A stretch of 9,279 bases of DNA, taken from the NCBI RefSeq assembly GCF_006345805.1, contig NW_021827987.1, positions 1 to 9,279 on the forward strand. The letters run 5' to 3'. This document shows positions 7,546 to 9,279 of this stretch, piece by piece. The number at the start of each line of letters is the position of its first letter. Positions within the stretch are counted from its first letter, which is position 1. Both the position numbers and the translations under genes were made by a program. The notes under the pieces are model-generated. The model did no database searches, had not been told where the DNA came from, and saw only the letters and a list, made by a program, of their open reading frames with translations. This DNA is from Octopus sinensis. Taxonomy: Eukaryota.

Positions 7546-7576
7546 ATGACGTTTCGGACATAGTCCTTCGTCAGAT
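7546..7576 (-). ncRNA. Minimal type I hammerhead ribozyme (HHR3) with canonical GUC triplet
   Basis: Minus strand AU-CUGACGA-A-GGAC(UAU)GUCC-GAAA-CGUC-AU. Intact core and 4-bp stem II, but stem I is only 2 bp in this copy. Predicted cut between 7548 and 7547. Confidence 0.7.
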
Positions 7577-7629
7577 GCATGAGGGAAATCCAGGAGAAAC
7601 GAAACAAGGACAAGAAAAAGTGAGAGTGA
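7546..7629 (-). mobile_element. Fragment of hammerhead-bearing repeat 3 (leader plus ribozyme only)
   Basis: Plus-strand flank GAAATCCAGGAGAA (7586-7599) parallels GAAAGATCCAGAGAA (215-229) of element 1. The downstream TCCWGAGCGT block is absent. Confidence 0.5.
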
Positions 7630-8035
7630 TACCAACCACATAATTGTGGGTTCAGTCCGACTGCATTGCAACTTGGGAAAGTGTCTTCTACTATAGCCTC
7701 GGGCCGACCAAAGCCTTGTGAGTGGATTTGGTAGACGGAAACTGAAAGAAGCCCGTAGTATATATCATATATATATATATATATATATATATTAATATAT
7801 AGATAGATAGATAGATATGTGTGTTTGTGTATGTTCCCCCCCCACCATCGCTTGACAACCGATGCTGGTGTGTTTGCGTCCCCGTAAGCTAGCGGTTCGG
7901 CAAACGCGACCGATAGAATAAGTATTAGGCTTACAAAGAATAAGTCCTGGGGTTGATTTGCTCGACTAAAAGCGGTGCTCCAGCATGGCTGCGGTCAAAT
8001 GACTGAAACAAGTAAAAGAGTAAAGAGCAAAAGAG
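7630..8035 (+). mobile_element. 5'-truncated family-2 CORE-type SINE (copy D)
   Basis: B box GGTTCAGTCC at 7649-7658 with the A box missing, CORE-like segment, internal (TA)n(GATA)n at ~7760-7817, and tail GTAAAAGAGTAAAGAGCAAAAGAG. Colinear with the reverse complement of copy A. Confidence 0.9.
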
Positions 8036-8119
8036 TATATATTGGCAAATGTCTGAAACCCTCGGTACGGTTAGGTATATTTTTGAAAAGGGAAAAGAAT
8101 GACTTCCCTTGCAGCTCTA

Positions 8120-8562
8120 GGATCTTTTCGGTTTGAACGGCAGATTTTTAAAATAATTTCCACGTAACTAAACACTTTTAAACTTCGTATACTGGTAGAA
8201 TGTGTTTATAAGACATTTTTTCTCTTGGCTTTATTGAGTAAATTCTTATAGTTTGTAAGATATTTGTTGCTGTTTTTTTCAATTTCTGCAATTTCAACCA
8301 ATCAATGACGTCTATTGAGGTGAAAAAATTCTGTGCCGTATGAATATGTCCCTCGTTTAAGAAACAGATTGGGTTTATTTACATTTCTGAAGAAAAAAAA
8401 GATACCCTTCCCCCCACCCCTAACCCTAACCCTAACTAACCCTATCTAACCCTAACTCTAAAACAGATTGAAATGCAATAGATCGTTACTAGGGTCATAA
8501 TTATGGGTGACAATTTCATATGACACCGCTAGAAAAAACTGCCGTTCAAACCGAAAAGATCC
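8120..8562. mobile_element. Intact 443-bp MITE with perfect TIRs and probable 8-bp TSD
   Basis: 8117-8143 CTAGGATCTTTTCGGTTTGAACGGCAG is the exact reverse complement of 8539-8565. Flanks CAGCTCTA (8112-8119) and TAGCTCTA (8563-8570) match 7/8. The GGATC terminus is supported by the related copy at 7295. Confidence 0.9.
8418..8456. repeat. Degenerate telomere-type (CCCTAA)n tract inside the MITE
   Basis: CCCTAACCCTAACCCTAACTAACCCTATCTAACCCTAAC, seen directly. Confidence 0.9.
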
Positions 8563-8684
8563 TAGCTCTAATCAATTTAATTTTCTAATAATATTATATA
8601 ATTTTACAGTTTGATTTGTAGATCTACAAGCTAAAATTAAATTGATTAGAAATTACGGGTGAACTCATTCTTTTCCTTTTCCAA

Positions 8685-9078
<394 letters not shown>

Positions 9079-9124
9079 TCGCACATCGAGTATTCTTCTA
9101 GATTCACATAAATTCTTCTAAATT

Positions 9125-9197
9125 ACACACACATACACACACACACACACACACACATGTATGCTTGCTTGTGTAGGTGTGTGTGTGTGTGTGTGTG
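9125..9197. repeat. (AC)n and (GT)n microsatellites facing each other
   Basis: (AC)n at 9125-9157 and (GT)n at ~9170-9197. Confidence 0.9.
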
Positions 9198-9279
9198 CAT
9201 TCCAAGTTTTATAGATGCGCTTAAGCTGTCGTTACACCGCCCTACATGCAAAGCATTCCATTACTGTACACAAAACAGC

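Noticed and set aside
8418-8456. True telomere or chromosome end
   Set aside because: Only about six degenerate units, enclosed within MITE TIRs.

Overview
AT-rich, repeat-dense eukaryotic intronic or intergenic DNA with no supportable complete gene. The repeat families resemble those of octopod cephalopods (inference from recalled SINE types, not a search). It contains five tRNA-derived SINE copies from two families, two Helitron-type 3' ends (one with a matching 5' end), an intact TIR-bounded MITE carrying (TAACCC)n plus a truncated relative, a Tc2/pogo-like terminus, a ~600 bp imperfect foldback and many microsatellites. The main result is three dispersed minimal type I hammerhead ribozyme motifs (170-204 minus, 2879-2910 plus, 7546-7576 minus). 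They share CUG(A/U)CGA-A-[stem II]-GAAACGU(A/C), have compensatory stem II changes and sit in related short flanks, as expected for Penelope-like-element/retrozyme-type repeats. Most listed ORFs are artefacts of repeats; only weak exon candidates remain.
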